From the NCBI RefSeq assembly GCF_006345805.1, contig NC_043013.1:40362001-40426000 (forward strand): 64,000 nucleotides of DNA, read 5' to 3'. How positions within the stretch are numbered: position 1 is the stretch's first letter; the number at the start of each line of letters is the position of its first letter. Below are positions 1 to 12,000 of the stretch, one piece after another. The notes under the pieces were generated by a model that was not told the origin of the DNA, searched no databases, and was given only the letters and a program-made list of their open reading frames with translations. The translations under genes and the position numbers were made by a program. This stretch comes from Octopus sinensis (Eukaryota).

Positions 1-3000
1 CAGTTGTAGTAATTTCTGGCAACTTTGTAGTTGACGCCTTAGTTGTATATTGAGTTGTAGTTTGATCAGTAATTAGTTTTTCACTGGTAGTAGTGTGTTC
101 TGTTGTTGCTGAAGGAATTGTTGTTTGTGGTGCTGTATACAGTGTTGTAGCAACGATCGTTGTTGGTTCATCTTTGGCTCGAGTAGACAGAGATGGTTGT
201 TCTGTAGTTGAGGTGAGAGGTGGTGTAGTCTCTGTTGTTTGAATATCTGTGAATTCTGTTGTGCTTTCAACAGTTGGTGTATGAATGTGTGTTGTTTTAG
301 GAATTTGAGAAGTAGACTTCTTTGTTTCCGGAGGAATTTGACTCGTCGAAGTAATCTTGGTTGTTGTGGATGTTATATTTTGTGTCAGGATTTCTGGTGT
401 GGTTGCTGTTGTTATAATTTCTGGCAACTTTGTAGTTGACGCCTCAGGTGTATATTGGTGTGTAGTTTGATCAGTTTTAATTTTTTCACTGGTAGTAGTG
501 TGTTCTGTTGTTGCTGAAGGAATTGTTGTTTGTGGTGCTGTCTGCAGTTTTGTAGCAACGAGCGTTGTTGGGACATCCTTTGACTCGAGTAGACAGAGAT
601 GGTTGTTTTGTAGTTGAGGTGAGAGGTGGTGTAGTCTCTGTTGTAAGAATATCTGTGAATTGTGTTGTGCTTTCAGTCGTTGGTGTGTGAATGTGTGTTG
701 TTTGAGGAATTTGAGAAGTAGATTCCTTTGTTTCCGGAGAAATTTGACTCGTCGAAGTAATCATGGTTGTTGTGGATGTTATATTTTGCGTAAGGAATTC
801 TTGGTGTTGTTTCTGTTGTAGTAATTTCTGGCATCTTTGTAGTTGATTCCTCAGTTGTATATTGAGTGGTAGTTTGATCAGTTATTAGCTTTTCACTGGT
901 AGTAGTGTGTTCTGTTGTTGCTGAAGGAATTGTTGTTTGTGGTGCTGTATGCGGGTTGTAGCAACGAGCGTTGTTGGTACATCTTTGGCTCGAGTAGACA
1001 GAGATGGTTGTTTTGCAGTTGAGGTGAGAGGTGGTGTAGCCTCTTTTGTTAGAATATCTGTGACTTCTGTTTTGCTTTCAACAGTTGGTGTGTGAATGTG
1101 TGTTGTTTGAGGAATTTGAGAAGTAGATTTCTTTCTTTGTGTCCGGAGAATTGACTCGTCGAAGTAATCTGGGTTGTTGTGGATGTTATATTTTGCGTAA
1201 GGAATTCTGGTGTGGTTTCTGTTGTTGTAATTCCTGGCAACTTTGTAGTTGACGCCTCAGTTGTATATTGAGTGGTAGTTTGATCAGTTATTAGTTTTTC
1301 ACTGGTAGTAGTGTGTTTTGTTGTTGCTGAAGGAATTGTTGTTTGTGGTGCTGTATGCAGTGTTGTAGCAAAGATCGTTGTTGGTTCATCTTTGGCTCGA
1401 GCAGACAGAGATGGTTGTTCTGTAGTTGAGGTGAGAGGTGGTGTAGTCTCTGTTGTTAGAATATCTGTGAATTCTGTTGTGCTTTCAACAGTTGGTGTGT
1501 GAATGTGTGTTGTTTTTGAGGAATTTGAGAAGTAGATTCCTTTGTTTCCGGAGAATTTGACTCGTCGAAGTAATCATGGTTGTTGTGGATGTTATATTTG
1601 CGTGAGGAATTCTGGTGTGGTTTCAGTTGTAGTAATTTCTGGCAACTTTGTAGTTGACGCCTCAGTTGTATATTGAGTGTTAGTTTCATCAGTATTGGTT
1701 TTTCACTGGTAGTAGTGTGTTCTGTTGTTGCTGAAGGAATTGTTGTTTGTGGTGCTGTATGCAGTTTTGTAGCAACGAGCGTTGTTGGGTCACCTTTGAC
1801 TCGAGTAGACAGAGATGGTTGTTCTGTAGCTGAGGTGAGAGGTGGTGTGTCTCTGTTGTTGAATATCTGTGAATTGTGTTGTGCTTTCAACAGTTGGTGT
1901 GTGAATGTGTGTTGTTTGAGGAATTTGAGCAGTAGATTTCTCTGTTTCCGGAGGAATTTGACTCGTCGAAGTAATCTGGGTTGTTGTGGATGTTATATTT
2001 TGCGTAAGGAATTCTGGTGTGGTTTCTGTTGTTGTAATTTCTGGCAACTTTGTAGTTGACGTCTCAGTTGTATATTGAGTGGTAGTTTGATCAGTTATTA
2101 GTCTTTCACTGGTAGTAGTGTGTTCTGTTGTTGCTGAAGGAATTGTTGTTTGTGGTGCTGTATGCACTGTTGTAGCAACGAGCGTTGTTGGTACATCTTT
2201 GGCTCGAGTAGACAGAGATGGTTGTTCTGTAGTTGAGGTGAGAGGTGGTGTAGTTTCTGTTGTAAGAATATCTGTGAATTGTGTTGTGCTTTCAGTCGTT
2301 GGTGTGTGAATGTGTGTTGTTTGAGGAATTTGAGAAGTAGACTCCTTTGTTTCCGGAGAAATTTGACTCGTCGAAGTAATCAGGGTTGTTGTGGATGTTA
2401 TATTTTGCGTAAGGAATTTTGGTATTGTTTCTGTTGTAGTAATTTCTGGCATCTTTGTAGTTGATTCCTCAGTTGTATATTGAGTGGTAGTTTGATCAGT
2501 TATTAGCTTTTCACTGGTAGTAGTGTGTTCTGTTGTTGCTGAAGGAATTGTTGCTTGTGGTGCTGTATGCAGTGTTGTAGCAACGAGCGTTGTTGGTACA
2601 TCTTTGGCTCGAGTAGACAGAGATGGTTGTTTTGCAGTTGAGGTGAGAGGTGGTGTAGCCTCTTTTGTTAGAATATCTGTGACTTCTGTTGTGCTTTCAA
2701 CAGTTGGTGTGTGAATGTGTGTTGTTTGAGGAATTTGAGAAGTAGATTTCTTTGTTTCCGGAGGAATTCGACTTGTCGAAGTAATCTGGGTTGTTGTGGA
2801 TGTTATATTTTGCGTAAGGAATTCTGGTGTGGTTTCTGTTGTTGTAATTCCTGGCAACTTTGTAGTTGACGCCTCAGTTGTATATTGAGTGGTAGTTTGA
2901 TCAGTTATTAGTCTTTCACTGGTAGTAGTGTGTTCTGTTGTTCCTGAAGGAATTGTTGTTTGTGGTGCTGTATGCACTGTTGTTGGAACGAGCGTTGTTG

Positions 3001-6000
3001 GTACATCTTTGGCTCGAGTAGACAGAGATGGTTGTTCTGTAGTTGAGGTGAGAGGTGGTGTAGTCTCTGTTGTTAGAATATCTGTGAATTGTGTTGTGCT
3101 TTCAACAGTTGGTGTGTGAATGTGTGTCGTTTGAGAAATTTGAGAAGTAGATTTCTTTGTTTCAGGAGGCATTTTACTCGCCGAAGTAATCTGGGTCATT
3201 GTGGATGTTATATTTTGCGTAAGGAATTCTGGTGTGGTTTCAGTTGTAGTAATTTCTGGCAACTTTGTAGTTGACGTCTTAGTTGTATATTGAGTGGTAG
3301 TTTGATCAGTTATTAATTTTTCACTGGTAGTAGTGTGTTCTGTTGTTGCTGAAGGAATTGTTGTTTGTGGTGCTGTCTGCAGTTTTGTCGCAACGAGCGT
3401 TGTTGGGTCACCTTTGACTCGAGTAGACAGAGATGGTTGTTCTGTAGCTGAGGTGAGAGGTGGTGTAGTCTCTGTTGTTCGAATATCTGTGAATTGTGTT
3501 GTGCTGTCAACAGTTGGTGTGTGAATGTGTGTTGTTTGAGGAATTTGAGCAGTAGATTTCTTTGTTTCCGGAGGAATTTGACTCGTCGAAGTAATCTGGG
3601 TTGTTGTGGATGTTATATTTTGCGTAAGCAATTCTGGTGTGGTTTCTGTTGTTGTAATTTCTGGCAACTTTGTAGTTGACGCCTTAGTTGTATATTGTGC
3701 GGTAGTTTGATCAGTTATTAGTCTTTCACTGGTAGTAGTGTGTTCTGTTGTTGCTGAAGGAATTGTTGTTTGTGGTGCTGTATGCACTGTTGTTGGAACG
3801 AGCGTTGTTGGTACATCTTTGGCTCGAGTAGACAGAGATGGTTGTTCTGTAGTTGAGGTGAGAGGTGGTGTAGTCTCTGTTGTAAGAATATCTGCGAATT
3901 TTGTTGTGCTTTCAGTCGTTGGTGTGTGAATGTGTGTTGTTTGAGGAATTTGAGAAGTAGATTCCTTTGTCTCCGGAGAAATTTGACTCGTCGAAGTAAT
4001 CAGGGTTGTTGTGGATGTTATATTTTGCGTAAGGAATTTTGGTGTTGTTTCTGTTGTAATTTCTGGCATCTTTGTAGTTGATTCCACAGTTGTATATTGA
4101 GTGGTAGTTTGATCAGTTATTAGCTTTTCACTGGTAGTAGTGTGTTCTGTTGTTGCTGAAGGAATTGTTTTTTGTGGTGCTGTATGCGGGGTTGGAGCAA
4201 CGAGCGTTGTTGGTATATCTTTGGCTCGAGTAGACAGAGATGGTTGTTTTGTAGTTGAGGTGAGAGGTGGCGTAGCCTCTTTTGTTAGAATATCTGTGAC
4301 TTCTGTTGTGCTTTCAACAGTTGGTGTGTGAATGTGTGTTGTTTGAGGAATTTGAGAAGTAGATTTCTTTGTTTCCCGAGGAATTTGACTCGTCGATGTA
4401 ATCTGGGTTGTTGTGGATGTTATATTTTGCGTAAGGAATTCTGGTGTGGTTTCTGTTGTTGTAATTTCTGGCAACTTTGTAGTTGACGCCTCAGTTGTAT
4501 ATTGAGTGGTAGTTTGATCAATTATTAGTTTTTCACTGGTAGTAGTGTGTTCTGTTGTTGCTGAAGGAATTGTTGTTTGTGGTGCTGTATGCACTGTTGT
4601 TGGAACGAGCGTTGTTGGTACATCTTTGGCTCGAGTAGACAGAGATGGTTGTTCTGTAGTTGAGGTGAGAGGTGGTGTAGTCTCTGTTGTTAGAATATCT
4701 GTGAATTGTGTTGTGCTTTCAACAGTTGGTGTATGAATGTGTGTTGTTTTAGGAATTTGAGAAGTAGATTCTTTGTTTCCGGAGGAATTTGACTCGTCGA
4801 AGTAATCTGGTTGTTGTGGATGTTATATTTTGCGTAAGGATTCTGGTGTGGTTGCTGTTGTTATAATTTCTGGCAACTTTGTAGTTGACGCCTCAGGTGT
4901 ATATTGTGTGGTAGTTTGATCAGTTATTAATTTTTCACTGGTAGTAGTGTGTTCTGTTGTTGCTGAAGGAATTGTTGTTTGTGGTGCTTTCTGCAGTTTT
5001 GTAGCAACGAGCGTTGTTGGGACACCTTTGACTCGAGTAGACAGAGATGGTTGTTCTGTAGTTGAGGTGAGAGGTGGTGTAGTCTCTGTTGTAAGAATAT
5101 CTGTGAATTGTGTTGTGCTTTCAGTCGTTGGTGTGTGAATGTGTGTTGTTTGAGGAATTTGAGAAGTAGATTCCTTTGTTTCCGGAGAAATTTGACTCGT
5201 CGAAGTAATCATGGTTGTTGTGGATGTTATATTTTGCGTAAGGAATTTTGGTGTTGTTTCTGTTGTAGTAATTTCTGGCATCTTTGTAGTTGATTCCTCA
5301 GTTGTATATTGAGTGGTAGTTTGATCAGTTATTAGCTTTTCACTGGTAGTAGTGTGTTCTGTTGTTGCTGAAGGAATTGTTTTTTGTGGTGCTGTATGCG
5401 GGGTTGTAGCAACGAGCGTTGTTGGTACATCTTTGGCTCGAGTAGACAGAGATGGTTGTTTTGCAGTTGAGGTGAGAGGTGGTGTAGCCTCTTTTGTTAG
5501 AATATCTGTGACTTCTGTTTTGCTTTCAACAGTTGGTGTGTGAATGTGTGTTGTTTGAGGAATTTGAGAAGTAGATTTCTTTGTGTCCGGAGGAATTCGA
5601 CTTGTCGAAGTAATCTGGGTTGTTGTGGATGTTATATTTTGCGTAAGGAATTCTGGTGTGGTTTCTGTTGTTGTAATTCCTGGCAACTTTGTAGTTGACG
5701 CCTCAGTTGTATATTGAGTGGTAGTTTGATCAGTTATTAGTCTTTCACTGGTAGTAGTGTGTTTTGTTGTTGCTGAAGGAATTGTTGTTTGTGGTGCTGT
5801 ATGCAGTGTTGTAGCAAAGATCGTTGTTGGTTCATCTTTGGCTCGAGCAGACAGAGATGGTTCTTCTGTAGTTGAGGTGAGAGGTGGTGTAGTCTCTGTT
5901 GTTAGAATATCTGTGAATTGTGTTGTGCTTTCAACAGTTGGTGTGTGAATGTGTGTTGTTTGAGAAATTTGAGAAGTAGATTTCTTTGTTTCAGGAGGCA

Positions 6001-9000
6001 TTTTACTCGTCGAAGTAATCTGGGTCATTGTGGATGTTATATTTTGCGTAAGGAATTCTGGTGTGGTTTCTGTTGTAGTATTTCTGGCAACTTTGTAGTT
6101 GACGCCATAGTTGTATATTGAGTGGTAGTTTGATCAGTTATTAGTTTTTCACTGGTAGTAGTGTGTTTTGTTGTTGCTGAAGGAATTGTTGTTTGTGGTG
6201 CTGTATGCAGTGTTGTAGCAAAGATCGTTGTTGGTTCATCTTTGGCTCGAGCAGACAGAGATGGTTGTTCTGTAGTTGAGGTGAGAGGTGGTGTAGTCTC
6301 TGTTGTTTGAATATCTGTGAATTCTGTTGTGCTTTCAACGGTTGGTGTATAAATGTGTGTTGTTTTAGGAATTTGAGAAGTAGACTTCTTTGTTTCCGGA
6401 GGAATTTGACTCATCGAAGTAATCTTGGTTGTTGTGGATGTTATATTTTGCGTAAGGAATTCTGGTGTGGTTCCTGTAGTAATTTCTGGCAACTTTGTAG
6501 TTGACGCCTCAATTGTATATTGTGTGGTAGTTTGATCAGTTATTAGTTTTTCATTGGTAGTAGTGTGCTCTGTTGTTGCTGAAGGAATTGTTGTTTGTGG
6601 TGCTGTATGCGGGGTTGTAGCAACGAGCGTTGTTGGGAAATCTTTGACTCGAGTAGACAGAGATGGTTGTTCTGTAGCTGAGGTGAGAGGTGGTGTAGTC
6701 TCTGTTGTTACAATATCTGTGACTTCTGTTGTGCTTTCAGCAGTTGGTGTGTGAATGTGTGTTGTTTGAGGAATTTGAGAAGTAGATGTCTTTGTTTCCG
6801 AAGGAATTTGACTCGTCGATGTAATCTGGGTCGTTGTGGATGTTACATTTTGCGTAAGCAATTCTGGTGTGGTTTCTGTTGTAGTAATTTCTGGCAACTT
6901 TGTAGTTGACGCCTCAGTTGTATATTGAGTGGTAGTTTGATCAGTTATTAGTTTTTCACCGGTAGTAGTGTGTTCTGTTGTTGCTGAAGGAATTGATGTT
7001 TGTGGTGCTGTATGCACTGTTGTTGGAACGAGCGTTGTTGGTACATCTTTGGCTCGAGTAGACAGAGATGGTTGTTCTGTAGTTGAGGTGAGAGGTGGTG
7101 TAGTCTCTGTTGTTGAATATCTGTGAATTGTGTTGTGCTTTCAACAGTCGTTGTGTATGAATGTGTGTTGTTTTAGGAATTTGAGAAGTAGACTTCTTTG
7201 TTTCCGGAGGAATTTGACTCGTCGAAGTAATCTTGGTTGTTGTGGATGTTATATTTTGCGTAAGCAATTCTGGTGTGGTTTCTGTTGTTGTAATTTCTGG
7301 CAACTTTGTAGTTGACGCCTCAGTTGTATATTGTGTGGTAGTTTGATCAGTTATTTGTCTTTCACTGGTAGTAGTGTGTTCTGTTGTTGCTGAAGGAATT
7401 GTTGTTTGTGGTGCTGTATGCAGTGTTGTAGCAACGAGCGTTGTTGGTACATCTTTGGCTCGAGTAGACAGAGATGGTTGTTCTGTAGTTGAGGTGAGAG
7501 GTGGTGTAGTCTCTGTTGTAAGAATATCTGCGAATTTTGTTGTGCTTTCAGTCGTTGGTGTGTGAATGTGTGTTGTTTGAGGAATTTGAGAAGTAGATTC
7601 CTTTGTTTCCGGAGAAATTTGACTCGTCGAAGTAATCAGGGTTGTTGTGGATGTTATATTTTGCGTCAGGAATTTTGGTGTTGTTTCTGTTGTAGTAATT
7701 TCTGGTATCTTTGTAGTTGATTCCACAGTTGTATATTGAGTGGTAGTTTGATCAGTTATTAGCTTTTCACTGGTAGTAGTGTGTTCTGTTGTTGCTGAAG
7801 GAATTGTTGTTTGTGGTGCTGTATGCGGGGTTGTAGCAACGAGCGTTGTTGGTATATCTTTGGCTCGAGTAGACAGAGATGGTTGTTTTGTAGTTGAGGT
7901 GAGAGGTGGCGTAGCCTCTTTTGTTAGAATATCTGTGACTTCTGTTGTGCTTTCAACAGTTGGTGTGTGAATGTGTGTTGTTTGAGGAATTTGAGAAGTA
8001 GATTTCTTTGTTTCCCGAGGAATTTGACTCGTCGATGTAATCTGGGTTGTTGTGGATGTTATATTTTGCGTAAGGAATTCTGGTGTGGTTTCTGTTGTTG
8101 TAATTCCTGGCAACTTTGCAGTTGACGCCTCAGTTGTATATTGAGTGGTAGTTTGATCAGTTATTAGTTTTTCACTGGTAGTAGTGTGTTTTGTTGTTGC
8201 TGAAGGAATTGTTGTTTGTGGTGCTGTATGCAGTGTTGTAGCAAAGATCGTTGTTGGTTCATCTTTGGCTCGAGCAGACAGAGATGGTTGTTCTGTAGTT
8301 GAGGTGAGAGGTGGTGTAGTCTCTGTTGTTAGAATATCTGTGAATTCTGTTGTGCTTTCAACAGTTGGTGTGTGAATGTGTGTTGTTTGAGGAATTTGAG
8401 AAGTAGATTCCTTTGTTTCCGGAGAAATTTGACTCGTCGAAGTAATCATGGTTGTTGTGGATGTTATATTTTGCGTAAGGAATTCTGGTGTGGTTTCAGT
8501 TGTAGTAATTTCTGGCAACTTTGTAGTTGACGCCTCAGTTGTATATTGAGTGGTAGTTTCATCAGTTATTGGTTTTTCACTGGTAGTAGTGCTTTCTGTT
8601 GTTGCTGAAGGAATTGTTGTTTGTGGTGCTGTATGCAGTTTTGTAGCAACGAGCGTTGTTGGTACATCTTTGGCTCGAGTAGACAGAGATGGTTGTTCTG
8701 TAGTTGAGGTGAGAGGTGGTGTAGTCTCTGTTGTTTGAATATCTGTGAATTGTGTTTTGCTTTCAGTCGTTGGTGTATGAATGTGTGTTGTTTTAGGAAT
8801 TTGAGAAGTAGACTTCTTTGTTTCCGGAGGAATTTGACTCGGCGAAGTAATCTTGGTTGTTGTGGATGTTATATTTTGCGTAAGGAATTCTGGTGTGGTT
8901 TCTGTTGTTGTAATTTCTGGCAACTTTGTAGTTGACGCCTCAGTTGTATATTGTGTGGTAGTTTGATCAGTTATTAATTTTTCACTGGTAGTAGTGTGTT

Positions 9001-12000
9001 CTGTTGTTGCTGAAGGAATTGTTGTTTGTGGTGCTGTCTGCAGTTTTGTAGCAACGAGCGTTGTTGGGTCACCTTTGACTCGAGTAGACAGAGATGGTTG
9101 TTCTGTAGCTGAGGTGAGAGGTGGTGTAGTCTCTGTTGTTCGAATATCTGTGAATTGTGTTGTGCTTTCAACAGTTGGTGTGTGAATGTGTGTTGTTTGA
9201 GGAATTTGAGCAGTAGATTTCTCTGTTTCCGGAGGAATTTGACTCGTCGAAGTAATCTGGGTTGTTGTGGATGTTATATTTTGCGTAAGGAATTCTGGTG
9301 TGGTTTCTGTTGTTGTAATTTCTGGCAACTTTGTAGTTGACGTCTCAGTTGTATATTGAGTGGTAGTTTGATCAGTTATTAGTCTTTCACTGGTAGTAGT
9401 GTGTTCTGTTGTTGCTGAAGGAATTGTTGTTTGTGGTGCTGTATGCACTGTTGTAGCAACGAGCGTTGTTGGTACATCTTTGGCTCGAGTAGACAGAGAT
9501 GGCTGTTCTGTAGTTGAGGTGAGAGGTGGTGTAGTTTCTGTTGTAAGAATATCTGTGAATTGTGTTGTGCTTTCAGTCGTTGGTGTGTGAATGTGTGTTG
9601 TTTGAGGAATTTGAGAAGTAGACTCCTTTGTTTCCGGAGAAATTTGACTCGTCGAAGTAATAAGGGTTGTTGTGGATGTTATATTTTGCGTCAGGAATTT
9701 TGGTGTTGTTTCTGTTGTAGTAATTTCTGGCATCTTTGTAGTTGATTCCACAGTTGTATATTGAGTGGTAGTTTGATCAGTTATTAGCTTTTCACTGGTA
9801 GTAGTGTGTTCTGTTGTTGCTGAAGGAATTGTTGATTGTGGTGCTGTATACAGTGTTGTAGCAACGATCGTTGTTGGTTCATCTTTGGCTCGAGTAGACA
9901 GAGATGGTTGTTCTGTAGTTGAGGTGAGAGGTGGTGTAGTCTCTGTTGTTTGAATATCTGTGAATTCTGTTGTGCTTTCAACAGTTGGTGTATGAATGTG
10001 TGTTGTTTTAGGAATTTTAGAAGTAGACTTCTTTGTTTCAGGAGGAATTTTACCTCGTCGAAGTAATCTGTGTCATGTGTGGATGTTATATTTTGCGTAA
10101 GGAATTCTGGTGTGGTTTCAGTTGTAGTAATTTCTGGCAACTTTGTAGTTGACGCCTCAGTTGTATATTGAGTTGGTAGTTTGATCAGTAATTAGTTTTT
10201 TTCACTGGTAGTAGTGTGTTCTGTTGTTGCTGAAGGAATTGTTGTTTGTGGTGCTGTATGCAGTGTTGTAGCAACGAGCGTTGTTGGTTCATCTTTGGCT
10301 CGAGTAGACAGAGATGGTGTTCTGTAGTTGAGGTGAGAGGTGGTGTAGTCTCTGTTGTTTGAATATCTGTGAATTCTGTTGTGCTTTCAACAGTTGGTGT
10401 ATGAATGTGTGTTGTTTTAGGAATTTGAGAAGTAGACTTCTTTGTTTCCGGAGAATTTGACTCGGCGAAGTAATCTGGTTGTTGTGGATGTTATTTTGCG
10501 TAAGGATTTCTGGTGTGGTCTGTTGTTATAATTTCTGGCAACTTTGTAGTTGACGCCTCAGGTGTATATTGTGTGGTAGTTTGATCAGTTGTATAATTTT
10601 TATTTTTGTTATTGTTTTTTTATTTTAGCACTGGTAGTAGTGTGTTCTGTTGTTGCTGAAGGAATGTTGTTTTGGTGCTGTCTGCAGTTTTGTAGCAACG
10701 AGCGTTGTTGGGACACTTTGACTCGAGTAGACAGAGATGGTTGTTCTGTAGTTGAGGTGAGAGGTGGTGTAGTCTCTGTTGTTAGAATATCTGTGATTGT
10801 GTTGTGCTTTCAGTCGTTGGTGTGTGAATGTGTGTTGTTTGAGGAATTTGAGAAGTAGATTCCTTTGTTTCCGGAGAAATTTGACTCGTCGAAGTAATCA
10901 TGGTTGTTGTGGATGTTATATTTTGCGTAAGGAATTTTGGTGTTGTTTCTGTTGTAGTAATTTCTGGCATCTTTGTAGTTGATTCCTCAGTTGTATATTG
11001 AGTGCTAGTTTGATCAGTTATTAGCTTTTCACTGGTAGTAGTGTGTTCTGTTGTTGCTGAAGGAATTGTTGTTTGTGGTGCTGTATGCGGGGTTGTAGCA
11101 ACGAGCGTTGTTGGTACATCTTTGGCTCGAGTAGACAGAGATGGTTGTTTTGCAGTTGAGGTGAGAGGTGGTGTAGTCTCTGTTGTTTGAATATCTGTGA
11201 ATTGTGTTGTGCTTTCAGTCGTTGGTGTATGAATGTGTGTTGTTTTAGGAATTTGAGAAGTAGACTTCTTTGTTTCCGGAGGAATTTGACTCGGCGAAGT
11301 AATCTTGGTTGTTGTGGATGTTATATTTTGCGTAAGGAATTCTGGTGTGGTTTCTGTTGTTGTAATTTCTGGCAACTTTGTAGTTGACGCCTCAGTTGTA
11401 TATTGTGTGGTAGTTTGATCAGTTATTAATTTTTCACTGGTAGTAGTGTGTTCTGTTGTTGCTGAAGGAATTGTTGTTTGTGGTGCTGTCTGCAGTTTTG
11501 TAGCAACGAGCGTTGTTGGGTCACCTTTGACTCGAGTAGACAGAGATGGTTGTTCTGTAGCTGAGGTGAGAGGTGGTGTAGTCTCTGTTGTTCGAATATC
11601 TGTGAATTGTGTTGTGCTTTCAACAGTTGGTGTGTGAATGTGTGTTGTTTGAGGAATTTGAGCAGTAGATTTCTCTGTTTCCGGAGGAATTTGACTCGTC
11701 GAAGTAATCTGGGTTGTTGTGGATGTTATATTTTGCGTAAGGAATTCTGGTGTGGTTTCTGTTGTTGTAATTTCTGGCAACTTTGTAGTTGACGTCTCAG
11801 TTGTATATTGAGTGGTAGTTTGATCAGTTATTAGTCTTTCACTGGTAGTAGTGTTTCTGTTGTTGCTGAAGGAATTGTTGTTTGTGGTGCTGTATGCACT
11901 GTTGTTAGCAACGAGCGTTGTTGTTACATCTTTGGCTCGAGCAGACAGAGATGGTTGTTCTGTAGTTGAGGTGAGAGGTGGTGTAGTTTCTGTTGTAAGA

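Noticed and set aside
10588-10630. T-rich insertion ending ttttag, resembling a splice acceptor
   Set aside because: On the wrong strand for the gene, replaces a short part of one repeat unit, and lies in an indel-rich patch; most likely read noise.
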